Translations under genes and position numbers: made by a program
Shown: piece after piece, positions 38,508 to 47,674 of the stretch
How the letters are laid out: each line of letters opens with the position of its first letter
Position numbering within the stretch: the stretch's first letter is position 1
Notes under the pieces: generated by a model
What the model was told of the DNA's origin: nothing
Seen by the model: the letters and a program-made list of their open reading frames with translations, nothing else
The model's database searches: none
NCBI GenBank assembly: GCA_050008535.1
Contig: JBEKML010000002.1
Location: forward strand, 148,881-212,880
Source: Minisyncoccia bacterium
GTDB taxonomy: Bacteria; Patescibacteriota; Minisyncoccia; UBA6257; 2-01-FULL-56-20
Direction of reading: 5' to 3'
Length of the DNA stretch: 64,000 bases

Positions 38508-38855
38508 ATGGCAATGTTCGTTTTCACTACCGTCCTTATGGTTTCGCTTTCGGCGGTGCTTTATCTTATGGTCCGCGCGTTGCCGCGGATCGCCGAGGAA
38601 CCGCCCGCGGAGGGGCATGGCTTGCTTGATCGCTGGACGCATTCGCAGATCCCCGAAAAAGTGGATACGGTCCTTAATGGATTTCTCTTCAAGTTTTTGC
38701 GGAAGCTCAAAGTCCTTGTTCTGAAGATCGACAACGGCTTAAGCAGGCGCTTGGAGAAAGTGAAACCTGCCGGAGAGAACGGCAAAAAGCCCCCCATTGA
38801 TTTTAAGGAAATGGCGGGGCAGAATAAGGGGAGTGAAAGCGAAGGCGGACAATAA
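38508..38855 (+). CDS. Hypothetical membrane-anchored protein
   Basis: N-terminal TM helix; TATAAT just upstream. Confidence 0.7.
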   Translation: MAMFVFTTVLMVSLSAVLYLMVRALPRIAEEPPAEGHGLLDRWTHSQIPEKVDTVLNGFLFKFLRKLKVLVLKIDNGLSRRLEKVKPAGENGKKPPIDFKEMAGQNKGSESEGGQ

Positions 38856-38858
38856 AAA

Positions 38859-38943
38859 GCGCAGGTGGCGGAGCGGCCAATCGCAACAGACTGTAAATCT
38901 GTCGCCCTTTCGGGCTACGCAGGTTCGAATCCTGCCCTGCGCA
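38859..38943 (+). tRNA. tRNA-Tyr(GTA)
   Basis: GCGCAGG...ACAGA CT GTA AA TCTGT, long variable arm, GCAGG TTCGAAT CCTGC CCTGCGC A. Confidence 0.95.
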
Positions 38944-39080
38944 CTTAATTTTATAATCACGAAAAAGCCCCGGAATCGTATGGGGGCCTTTCGGTCCCTA
39001 CAATTTCGGGGCAATGTTGCAGATTGCTAAACGCGTGTGGGGTTGCTGGATTGTTGTGGCGCCAGGGCTTCCCTGCGAGG

Positions 39081-39416
39081 CTACTCGTACTCGCCAGGCG
39101 AGCGGCGGCGGTGCGAAGAGTGAGGAAGGCGTGCCATCTCCTCCTCGCTCGGGAAGAACGCGCCAATAAAGCTCCAGAACGGTTTCACCTGCGGCCAGAG
39201 CAGGATATTGGCCACGGTGAAAAGGATGAGTGCGGTGATGGCCAGCACCTGTGTCGCCGGATCCGGTATGGCCTGTGGTGTGCCAGAGAGTACCCGTCCG
39301 GCCTGGAACGGATCCTCGCGGGACCCATCATCCCAGCTCGGCGGGAAAGCGAACATTCCGCAGAATGCCGCAAGGAACAGAAGGGCTGCTAAGCCCCCGC
39401 AAATCTTTCGTGCCAT
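39081..39416 (-). CDS. Hypothetical two-TM protein (cargo of Tyr module 1)
   Basis: SD AGGAG, consensus promoter upstream, two hydrophobic segments. Confidence 0.6.
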   Translation of the reverse strand: MARKICGGLAALLFLAAFCGMFAFPPSWDDGSREDPFQAGRVLSGTPQAIPDPATQVLAITALILFTVANILLWPQVKPFWSFIGAFFPSEEEMARLPHSSHRRRSPGEYE

Positions 39417-39438
39417 GGCGGAAAGTCTCCTGTGAACA

Positions 39439-39466
39439 ATTATAGCATATCTATAACTCCTGTCAA
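39439..39466 (-). promoter_or_regulatory. Consensus sigma70 promoter
   Basis: TTGACA-16 nt-TATAAT with extended -10 TG. Confidence 0.8.
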
Positions 39467-39490
39467 GTCAAACAACGCCATTTCCGCTTA

Positions 39491-39529
39491 ATTGTCAGGA
39501 TTATTCGAACATCGTCCAGGCCTGTGCAC
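39491..39529 (+). mobile_element. Hybrid att-like site Y1 (arm plus degenerate tRNA-Tyr 3' end)
   Basis: ATTGTCAGGATTATTCGAACATCG TCCAGGCCTGTGCAC; the tail is 12/15 identical to the tRNA-Tyr 3' end. Confidence 0.7.
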
Positions 39530-39606
39530 TTTGTAACAAAATCCGGTTTGATTAATAGGAAAGCGCAGCCCTGGGGGGGCTGCGCGATGCTGTTCTTGAC
39601 GCTGGG

Positions 39607-39909
39607 CTAGTCGTCAAGAAAATTCTGGTAGAGAGCGATCTGCTGCTCGATATCAAGGGCGATGCCGTGCTGAGCGCAGAGCGCCCACAGCCCGTCGAGG
39701 AGGGAAACGTTGTCCTGGGCCGCTTTCTGCACCTTCGCGATCCGCTCCAGCGCGCCGCGGCGCCGCTGGGCTTGGGCGAGAACCCACTCCGTGACGACGT
39801 GATTCATCTTGAGCCCGTCGATAACGGAGAAGCCGCGACTTTCAAGCTCTGCCTTTGCTTTGATCGCGCTGATTATACGATCCTCAACATTCTTAATCGT
39901 GTGCCGCAT
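39607..39909 (-). CDS. Hypothetical helical protein (cargo of Tyr module 2)
   Basis: SD GGAGG, TTGACA-17-TAGCCT promoter, downstream hairpin GCGCAGCCC/GGGCTGCGC. Confidence 0.65.
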   Translation of the reverse strand: MRHTIKNVEDRIISAIKAKAELESRGFSVIDGLKMNHVVTEWVLAQAQRRRGALERIAKVQKAAQDNVSLLDGLWALCAQHGIALDIEQQIALYQNFLDD

Positions 39910-39959
39910 CTGATCCTCCAGACGTGATTTCTAAAGAAAGGCTAGCGCAGCGTTCTCTC

Positions 39960-39998
39960 ATTGTCAAAATCGTTCGAACATTGTCCAGGCCTGTGCAC
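39960..39998 (+). mobile_element. Hybrid att-like site Y2
   Basis: ATTGTCAAAATCGTTCGAACATTG TCCAGGCCTGTGCAC; direct repeat of Y1; arm shared with Q1. Confidence 0.7.
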
Positions 39999-40027
39999 AC
40001 TACCGAGTTAAGTTACAATTAAGAGCG

Positions 40028-40459
40028 ATGATCAAACCCTTGCCGAGAAAGGTGTTTCTCGCAACGTTCAAACATGTTCCGCGCCTTGCGGTCAGTTTGG
40101 TCATTGAAAACAAGAGAGGCCACGTATTGCTGACCCGGCGGGCGATTTCTCCCGAGAAAGGACGGTGGCATATGCCCGGGAGCTTCATTTTGAAAGGCGA
40201 ACCGATTGCGGCATGCATTAAAAGGATCGCGAAACGTGAGCTCGGAATCAAAATTGATCCAAAGAAAGCCCGATTGCGGGGAGCCTTTGATGATCTCGGT
40301 GGAGATCCGCGCGGTCACGTTGTCGATCTTGTTTATGGGATCAAAACGAATATTCCAATCAAAGAAACAGACGAAACGAAAGAGGCAAAGTTTTTCAGCG
40401 TTCTCCCTCGCAACATCGGATTTAATCACAAAGAAACGCTTCGCAAATTAGGGCATTAG
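40028..40459 (+). CDS. NUDIX hydrolase
   Basis: WHMPGS...GE......R...RELG Nudix box. Confidence 0.85.
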   Translation: MIKPLPRKVFLATFKHVPRLAVSLVIENKRGHVLLTRRAISPEKGRWHMPGSFILKGEPIAACIKRIAKRELGIKIDPKKARLRGAFDDLGGDPRGHVVDLVYGIKTNIPIKETDETKEAKFFSVLPRNIGFNHKETLRKLGH

Positions 40460-40460
40460 C

Positions 40461-41078
40461 ATGAAGCGGAAGATATTTTTGGGTACTCGGAACGAAGGCA
40501 AGATCGAGCGATTTAAAAACCTCATCGCGAGCACCGGTTTGGATGTTGAAATTCATACCCCGAAAGATTTTGACCTTCAAAATATTGAAACTGAAGAAAA
40601 GGGGAAAACGCTTGCCGAAAATGCGGAGATAAAAGCGCGGGCGTATTTCGGGAAAGTGGACATGCCCATTCTTGCCAATGACACCGGCTTCTGGGTCCAA
40701 GGAGAGGGGTTGGTGGATGCGCCAAAAAGGAAGGCCCTGGGTGAGACCGACGAGAAGAATTTAACAAAGGAAGAGATTGCGAAGACCCTCTTGGAATTTT
40801 GGAAGGGCATCGCGAGAAAACACGGAGGAAGCGTTGATGCCGCGTGGGTTGAGGCGTTCGTACTTCTTGATCCTGACGGGCGGATGCACGTCGCCGAATC
40901 AAGAAGAGAGGTTGTTTTGAAAGATAAAGAATTCGGAACGGCCCATATCCAAATGCCCGTGCGGGCCCTATATATTTCCAAAGCGACCAATAAGCCGGCG
41001 ATACAGCACACGAAGGAAGAAGAGCTTTTTGAGTTGAAGCCGATCGTTGATGCGTTATTGAAGGTTTTGTTATACTGA
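40461..41078 (+). CDS. Ham1/ITPase-family non-canonical purine NTP pyrophosphatase
   Basis: GTRNEGK, EE.G.T..ENA..KA and NDTG motifs. Confidence 0.8.
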   Translation: MKRKIFLGTRNEGKIERFKNLIASTGLDVEIHTPKDFDLQNIETEEKGKTLAENAEIKARAYFGKVDMPILANDTGFWVQGEGLVDAPKRKALGETDEKNLTKEEIAKTLLEFWKGIARKHGGSVDAAWVEAFVLLDPDGRMHVAESRREVVLKDKEFGTAHIQMPVRALYISKATNKPAIQHTKEEELFELKPIVDALLKVLLY

Positions 41079-41083
41079 TTAAC

Positions 41084-41533
41084 ATGACAGAAGAAAAAAA
41101 ACGGGTAGGCGCGGGATTCGGGGTGATCTTGGAGCGGGACGGGAAGATTTTGCTTGGAATGCGGCACCCCGATCCCGACAAGGCGGACTCGGCTTTCCGG
41201 AGTGCCGGCGAGTGGTCCTTGCCGGGAGGGAAGCTTGAATGGGGCGAAACGATCGAAGACGGTGCGATCCGCGAAACAAAAGAAGAGACAGGCATTACGA
41301 TCAAGAATCCGCAGGTGATCTCCGTGCACAACTGCAAGAACGAGCACGCGCATTTTATGACCGTGGGACTCCTCACGCACGAGTGGACGGGCGAGGCGAG
41401 CGTGATGGAACCGGATGAGATCATAAAATGGGAATGGTTCGATCTGAAGGACCTGCCGTACCCGCGCTATTTTCCCAGTTTTGAAGTGATTGAGAACTAT
41501 ATGAAAGGCAAGTTCTATATAAAGCGGCCGTAG
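41084..41533 (+). CDS. NUDIX hydrolase (NUDT15-like)
   Basis: PGGKLEWGE...AIRETKEETG and MEPDE...WEWF motifs. Confidence 0.88.
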   Translation: MTEEKKRVGAGFGVILERDGKILLGMRHPDPDKADSAFRSAGEWSLPGGKLEWGETIEDGAIRETKEETGITIKNPQVISVHNCKNEHAHFMTVGLLTHEWTGEASVMEPDEIIKWEWFDLKDLPYPRYFPSFEVIENYMKGKFYIKRP

Positions 41534-41540
41534 TAACGGT

Positions 41541-42071
41541 ATGCAGGAATATGTGACCGATGCGATCGTGCTGGAGAAAGAGCCGCTCCGGGATTTTGAC
41601 GCCCGCTATTTTTTCTTTACGAAGCGGTTCGGGAAAATGGCAGGAAAGGCGACGAGCGCGCGGAAGATCACGTCAAAGCTTGCGGGACATCTGGAGCCGG
41701 GGAGCGTGGCTAAGGTGCGTTTTGTGCATAGGAGCGGCGGGAACGGCAACGGGAATGGGGCGCCGCAGATCGCGGATGCGTTGAAATACGACAAGCTTGC
41801 GGCGTCCTCCGTCAGCCTTCACTTTTTAAATACGCTGCTCCCGGGAGGGGAAGTGGACGCCGCGCTTTGGAATGAGCTTATGGGCAAGGAGTTTTCCTGG
41901 CTGCGCATTTTGCGGATTCTTGGATGGGATCCGGAAGAAGCGGGTTGCGAGGGATGCGGCAAGAACGAAGTGGCTGCTTTTTACATCCCGAAGCAGGAAT
42001 TTTTTTGTGCTTCCTGTGCTTTAAAATTGGATCGGAATGAGTTACTATTATTAGGAAATGCCGAAGTATAA
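41541..42071 (+). CDS. recO: DNA repair protein RecO
   Basis: TDAIVL...D....FTK.FGK....A..ARK..SKL.GHLEP; C-terminal CxxC...CxxC. Confidence 0.8.
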   Translation: MQEYVTDAIVLEKEPLRDFDARYFFFTKRFGKMAGKATSARKITSKLAGHLEPGSVAKVRFVHRSGGNGNGNGAPQIADALKYDKLAASSVSLHFLNTLLPGGEVDAALWNELMGKEFSWLRILRILGWDPEEAGCEGCGKNEVAAFYIPKQEFFCASCALKLDRNELLLLGNAEV

Positions 42072-43947
42072 TCCGAACTCCATCTGGGGGAGTAAGAAAA
42101 AACCAATTAATTATCAACCGCCGAGCAAGCAAACGCCGCCGGCGCAACGGGCGCCGTCGCCCGCAGAACTCGCACGGGACGCCGCAGATATGGAGCCGCC
42201 CAAAAGTCATGCGCCCCTCTGGTTTTTTATCGTTTTTTTTGTGGTGCTCGCGGGCGGCGGGGCGCTCTACTTTTTTTTCTTGAGGCCGGCTGCCGGCCCG
42301 AGCGTAAGCATTGAGTTCGTAAAGCCCGACAATATCCTTGTGGGCGATCCTTTTCCCTTGAGCATTGCCCTTACCAATTATTCGTCCAACATCTTGAAGG
42401 GTGCCACGCTTTCTATCATGCTTCCCGACAATATTTCCTTTGTGGGGCAATCTCTGGGCCAGCGGGTGATGGAGCAGGTGATCGGCGACCTCGGGCCAGG
42501 CAGTATCTATAAATTCAACGGAGACAGTTCGCCCAACCTTATCGTGACCGGTGATCCGAAAAGCGTTAAGCATATCAATGCGAAGCTTACCTACAGCACG
42601 GATGCGGCATCAAAGACACACTTTGAGACCGACGGCGGGGTGGACCTCATGGTGGGCATTCCGGCGATCACCCTGACCATCAATCCTCCCTCCAATATTT
42701 TCAGCGGTCAGAATTTTGACGTGGTAGTGACGTATACCAATGGCACGGCGCATAGCTTCCCGAACGTCGAGCTTACCGTGCAGTATCCGCCGGCGTTCTC
42801 GTTTGCGAGAAGCAGTATGCCGCCGGACAATACGGGGAAAAATTCATGGAACTTGGGGACCATCCCCGCGGCGGGGAGCGGGAGCTTTACGATTACCGGA
42901 AACGTGGTGGGGCCGGACAAGGCGATCTACGTATTCGACGGGAGCCTTGTTGGTGCCGTGAAGGGGAATACCTACACGCTTACCGAGGGGACGGGGAGCC
43001 TTGCGATCGGCACCTCGCCGCTTGCGCTTGCGATCACACTGAACAACGCTTCCGATTATGTTGCGGATTTGAGCGACACCCTCAATTACGTGCTGACCTA
43101 TACCAACAATTCAAATACGACCTTCCAGAATATTTCCCTCAAAGCGGCGCTTATCGGCGATATGTTCAATTTTTCGACGCTGCAGACGCAGGGTTCCTTT
43201 AATTCCCTCACGAACACGGTTACCTGGAATGCGGCGAACGTGCTTCAGCTTCTGAATCTTGCCCCAGGGCAGTCCGGCTCTGTGAACCTTCAAGTGAGGA
43301 CGAAGTCGGCGTATCCGATACGCTCTTTGGGCGATAAAAATTTTACGCTTAAAATGAACGCGCAAATTTCGTCGCCGACGGTGCCGCCCGGGACGCAGGC
43401 AAGCTCCACGATTTCGGCGGTAAGCGCGGAGAATAAAGTGGGCGGAAAGATATCTCTTTCGGTGCCGGCTTATTGGCGCGATGCGGCTTCCGGCGTTTTG
43501 AATTCCGGTCCGTATCCTCCGAAGGTGAACCAGACGACGCAATATACGATCCACTGGGCGATCACAAACTATTCCACGGACGTAGAGAACGTGACCGTGT
43601 CGGCATCCCTCCAATCAGGAACGACGTGCACCGGCATCGTAAAGAGCAATGTTTCGGCGGTGCCCGCCTGTAACGCGGCGACCGGCTTGGTTACGTGGAC
43701 CATTCCTACCAACATTCCCGCAACGACGGGCATCACGGGGCCTCCTGCCGAAGCGGTCTTCCAGGTGCAAAATACGCCCGCAATAAACCAAACGGGCAAT
43801 GCCGTGACGCTTTTGGGGCCGACCACGCTCCAGGCGACCGATGTTTTTACCGGCGCCGCATATAAGATATCCGCGGACGCAATAACAACCGATTTACCCA
43901 ATGACAAAACAATTTCCAACAGCCAGAACCGGCGCGTGACACAATGA
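42058..43947 (+). CDS. Membrane-anchored multi-Ig (DUF11-like) surface protein
   Basis: TM helix near the N terminus, repeated YTN...W.LG beta-sandwich units, GPYPPKV motif. Confidence 0.75.
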   Translation: MPKYNPNSIWGSKKKPINYQPPSKQTPPAQRAPSPAELARDAADMEPPKSHAPLWFFIVFFVVLAGGGALYFFFLRPAAGPSVSIEFVKPDNILVGDPFPLSIALTNYSSNILKGATLSIMLPDNISFVGQSLGQRVMEQVIGDLGPGSIYKFNGDSSPNLIVTGDPKSVKHINAKLTYSTDAASKTHFETDGGVDLMVGIPAITLTINPPSNIFSGQNFDVVVTYTNGTAHSFPNVELTVQYPPAFSFARSSMPPDNTGKNSWNLGTIPAAGSGSFTITGNVVGPDKAIYVFDGSLVGAVKGNTYTLTEGTGSLAIGTSPLALAITLNNASDYVADLSDTLNYVLTYTNNSNTTFQNISLKAALIGDMFNFSTLQTQGSFNSLTNTVTWNAANVLQLLNLAPGQSGSVNLQVRTKSAYPIRSLGDKNFTLKMNAQISSPTVPPGTQASSTISAVSAENKVGGKISLSVPAYWRDAASGVLNSGPYPPKVNQTTQYTIHWAITNYSTDVENVTVSASLQSGTTCTGIVKSNVSAVPACNAATGLVTWTIPTNIPATTGITGPPAEAVFQVQNTPAINQTGNAVTLLGPTTLQATDVFTGAAYKISADAITTDLPNDKTISNSQNRRVTQ

Positions 43948-43960
43948 TCTTTTGAGCACC

Positions 43961-45286
43961 ATGGCACAAAAACAGGAAAACCTTATGGAAAAGATCGTCT
44001 CGCTCTGCAAGCGTCGCGGGTTCGTGTTCCCCGGATCGGAGATCTACGGGGGACTTGCGAATTCCTGGGATTACGGCCCGCTCGGTGTTGAGCTGAAGAA
44101 TAATATCCAGCAACTTTGGTGGGATCGGTTTGTGCACCGGCGCGACGACATGGTGGGCATTGACGCGGCACTTATCATGAACCCGAAAGTGTGGGAGGTG
44201 AGCGGGCACCTTAAGAATTTCACGGATCCGCTTGTTGAATGCAAAGAATGCCACGAGAGATTTCGTGCGGACCAGATTGATCTTGCAAAACCATGCGAGG
44301 CATGCGGCGCGAAGGCCAATTTCACCCAGGCGCGCCAGTTCAACATGATGTTCAAGACCTTTATCGGTCCCGCAGAAGAACAGGCGAACATCGCCTATCT
44401 CCGTCCGGAGATCGCGCAGGCGATGTTCGTTGATTTCAAGAATGTTTTGCAAACTACCCGCAAAACCCTGCCGTTCGGCATTGCGGCGCAGGGCAAAGCG
44501 TTTCGCAACGAGATCACGCCAGGGAATTTTATATTCCGGACTCGCGAATTCAACCTTATGGAGTTCGAATATTTCTGTCGGCCGGAAGAGTGGAAAAAAC
44601 ATTTTGAATATTGGCAGGGCGAAATGCGGGCGTGGCTTGAATCGCTCGGCGTGGACTTGAAGCATATTCATGAAGTGGAAATATCCGCCGAGGAGCGAGC
44701 GCACTACTCAAGCCGGACGGTGGATTTTGAATACGATTATCCTTTTGGGCAGAAAGAGCTCTACGGTCTGGCGTACCGCGGGGATTTTGACCTGAAGAAT
44801 CACATGGAAAAGACCAGTGAAGATATTCGTTACGCTGATCCCGTGACTGGGGATAAATTCATTCCGCACGTGATCGAACCGACCTTTGGATTGGACCGGT
44901 CAGTGCTCGTGGCATTGCTTGAAGCATATAAAGAGGACGGCGACCGCGTGCTTTTGAAGCTCCCGCCGCGCATCGCACCCTACAAAGCAGCGGTCTTCCC
45001 GCTCCTTGCGAACAAGCCGCAGCTTGTAGAGCTTGCGCAAAAGATATGCGACGACCTTCGCAAGAAATTTATGGTCGCATGGGATGACCGCGGAAACATC
45101 GGCAAGCGTTACTACGCGCAGGACGAGATCGGGACGCCGTACTGCATCACGGTTGACTTTGACACGCTGGGGGACGGCGAGGATAAGAAGCTCAAAGATA
45201 CCGTAACGGTGCGCGACCGCGATACCGGGAAGCAGGAACGGATTGCGATCAAAAAACTCGCCGAATACATCGCGGAAAAGTTTTGA
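43961..45286 (+). CDS. glyS: Glycine--tRNA ligase (alpha2, eukaryote/archaea type)
   Basis: KRRGFVFPGSEIYGG, YLRPE, FRNEITP, HYS and DEIGTPYC motifs. Confidence 0.95.
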   Translation: MAQKQENLMEKIVSLCKRRGFVFPGSEIYGGLANSWDYGPLGVELKNNIQQLWWDRFVHRRDDMVGIDAALIMNPKVWEVSGHLKNFTDPLVECKECHERFRADQIDLAKPCEACGAKANFTQARQFNMMFKTFIGPAEEQANIAYLRPEIAQAMFVDFKNVLQTTRKTLPFGIAAQGKAFRNEITPGNFIFRTREFNLMEFEYFCRPEEWKKHFEYWQGEMRAWLESLGVDLKHIHEVEISAEERAHYSSRTVDFEYDYPFGQKELYGLAYRGDFDLKNHMEKTSEDIRYADPVTGDKFIPHVIEPTFGLDRSVLVALLEAYKEDGDRVLLKLPPRIAPYKAAVFPLLANKPQLVELAQKICDDLRKKFMVAWDDRGNIGKRYYAQDEIGTPYCITVDFDTLGDGEDKKLKDTVTVRDRDTGKQERIAIKKLAEYIAEKF

Positions 45287-45305
45287 TCTCCGCGCAAAAA
45301 TCTCC

Positions 45306-46604
45306 ATGGCCGAAAAATTCGTGATCAAAGGAGGCAAGCCGCTTTTTGGCGAGGCGAGGCTCGCCGGCGCAAAGAACGCAGTATCAAAAATGATGGTTGC
45401 GTCGCTTTTGACCGATGAGCCGTGCATTCTGGAGAATGTGCCGGCGATAGGAGATGTCGCGATCGTCGCGGAACTTTTGAAGACCATCGGGGGCGAGGTG
45501 GAGATCGTTGGCACGACGGCGAAATTGCAGACGCCCGCGATCAAAAATTGCCGCGTGCTCACGCTTACGCGTCGGAACAGGATCCCCATCCTTGCGATCG
45601 GCCCGCTCCTCGCGCGCGCGGGCGAGGCGGAAGTGCCGGTTCTGGGTGGCGACAAGATCGGCGCGCGGCCGGTGGACATTCATCTTGAAGCGCTTTCAAA
45701 ATTGGGCGTTCAGTTGCAGATCACGAAAGAAAGCTATCACGCCTGGGCGAAGCACGGCTTGCACGGCGCGGAAATTGAATTGAGATTTCCGAGCATCGGC
45801 GCCACCGAGAACGCGATCCTCACTGCCGTACTTGCGGAAGGGAAAACGGTCATCAAAAACGCCGCGCTTGAGCCGGAACTTATGGACCTTGTGAAAATGC
45901 TCCAAAAAATGGGCGCGATCATAGAGCTTGCGCCGCCGCGGACGATCACGGTGGAGGGAGTGAAGAAATTACACGGCACCACGCATCGTATCCTGCCGGA
46001 CCGGAACGAGGCGATCTCATTCGCTTGCCTCGCGATCGCAACGAACGGAAGGATCCTTGCAAAGGAGGCGCGACAGGACGACCTCATCACCTTCCTGAAT
46101 GTTGTGCGGCGGCTCGGTGCGGAATACGAAGTGACAAATGACGGCATCGCATTCTGGCGCCCCAATTCGCTCAGGGCGATCTCGGTAGAGACCGCATCTC
46201 ACCCCGGGTTCATGACCGATTGGCAGCAACCGCTCTGTGTGCTCCTTACCCAGGCAGACGGAATATCGAATATTCACGAAACGATCTACGAAGAACGCTT
46301 TGGGTACACCAACGATTTGAACGAAATGGGAGCGAAAATCCGCGTTTCAACCGACTGCCCAAAAGGGAAAGAATGCCGCTTTGCCGGCAAGGGATTTAGC
46401 CACTATGCGACGATTGAGGGGCCGACGCCGCTCCGCAGTATGAAATGTACGGTGCGCGACCTGCGTTCCGGCATGGTGGACATCCTGGCTGCGCTTGTCG
46501 CTGACGGCGTTTCCGAGGTGGAAGGCGTGGAGGAAATCGACCGCGGGTACGAATACATAGACGGCCGTCTGCGCCAGCTCGGGGCGGACATCAAACGAGT
46601 GTAA
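45306..46604 (+). CDS. murA: UDP-N-acetylglucosamine 1-carboxyvinyltransferase (Asp at the Cys115 position)
   Basis: GAKNA, GGDKIGARPVDIH, SIGATEN, PGF.TD and DLR motifs. Confidence 0.93.
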   Translation: MAEKFVIKGGKPLFGEARLAGAKNAVSKMMVASLLTDEPCILENVPAIGDVAIVAELLKTIGGEVEIVGTTAKLQTPAIKNCRVLTLTRRNRIPILAIGPLLARAGEAEVPVLGGDKIGARPVDIHLEALSKLGVQLQITKESYHAWAKHGLHGAEIELRFPSIGATENAILTAVLAEGKTVIKNAALEPELMDLVKMLQKMGAIIELAPPRTITVEGVKKLHGTTHRILPDRNEAISFACLAIATNGRILAKEARQDDLITFLNVVRRLGAEYEVTNDGIAFWRPNSLRAISVETASHPGFMTDWQQPLCVLLTQADGISNIHETIYEERFGYTNDLNEMGAKIRVSTDCPKGKECRFAGKGFSHYATIEGPTPLRSMKCTVRDLRSGMVDILAALVADGVSEVEGVEEIDRGYEYIDGRLRQLGADIKRV

Positions 46605-46652
46605 GAAGCCAGATTATTTGTCTTTTCGTCTTTTTTCGCCTAAAATACAGCT

Positions 46653-47660
46653 ATGTTTGGCAAGAAGATCGGCATTGATTTGGGCACCGCAAATACGGTG
46701 GTTTTCGTGCCGGGAAAGGGTTTTATCATCAACGAGCCGACGATCGTAGCGCTCACGAGGCCGGACAACACCGTGCTTGCCGTAGGACTCGAGGCGAAGG
46801 AAATGATCGGCCGCACGCCGGACGAGATCGTTGCCTACCGGCCGCTCAAGGACGGCGTGATCGCCGATTATTACATCACGAAGGCGATGCTCACCTATTT
46901 TATTTCCAAAGCGACGGGATGGCTGAACCTGGTGAAGCCCGATGTCGTGATCTCCGTACCGGCGGGCATTACGCAGACCGAGCGCCGCGCGGTGATGAAC
47001 GCCGCACGCGAGGCGGGAGCGGGGAGTGCGTTCATTGTGCGCGAACCGATCTTGGCGGCCTTGGGCGCGGGGATTCCCATCAACGCCCGTTCGGGGAACA
47101 TGATCATCAACATTGGCGGCGGGACGTCGGAACAGGCGGTGATCGCCCTCGGGAACATTGTTTCGTGGAACAGCTTGCGCATTGCAGGCAATAAGTTCGA
47201 CCAGGCGATCATGGATTACGTGAAAAAGAAATACGGGCTTGCAATCGGCGAGCAGACGGCGGAAAACGTGAAGATCGAGATCGGCTCGGCGATACCGACG
47301 AAGGAAAAAATGGAATATCAGATCCGCGGGCGTGATCTCACGACCGGCCTGCCAAAGGACATCACGATCAATTCGAACGAGATCGCGGAGGCCCTGAACC
47401 CGTACCTTGTCGAGATCGCAAGCGCCATTCAGAGCGTCTTCAACGTAACGCCGCCGGAGCTCGTGGCGGATATCATGGAAAAGGGGATCATCCTTTCGGG
47501 TGGCAGCGTGCAGCTCCATCATATGCCGGAATTTTTTGAACGATTTCTCGGCGTGCAGGCCTATGTGGCGGAAGATCCGTTGTTCTGCGTGGCCAAGGGT
47601 ACCGGCCTCATTTTGAGCCACTTGGATACCTATAAGCGGACGCTTTTGAACAAGCGGTAA
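46653..47660 (+). CDS. mreB: Rod shape-determining protein MreB
   Basis: IGIDLGTANT, RPLKDGVIAD, NIGGGTSE and TPPELVADI motifs. Confidence 0.95.
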   Translation: MFGKKIGIDLGTANTVVFVPGKGFIINEPTIVALTRPDNTVLAVGLEAKEMIGRTPDEIVAYRPLKDGVIADYYITKAMLTYFISKATGWLNLVKPDVVISVPAGITQTERRAVMNAAREAGAGSAFIVREPILAALGAGIPINARSGNMIINIGGGTSEQAVIALGNIVSWNSLRIAGNKFDQAIMDYVKKKYGLAIGEQTAENVKIEIGSAIPTKEKMEYQIRGRDLTTGLPKDITINSNEIAEALNPYLVEIASAIQSVFNVTPPELVADIMEKGIILSGGSVQLHHMPEFFERFLGVQAYVAEDPLFCVAKGTGLILSHLDTYKRTLLNKR

Positions 47661-47674
47661 TTCTTTCCACTTTG

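Noticed and set aside
39491-39998. CRISPR array
   Set aside because: Only two repeats, 469 bp apart with a gene between them, and no cas genes.
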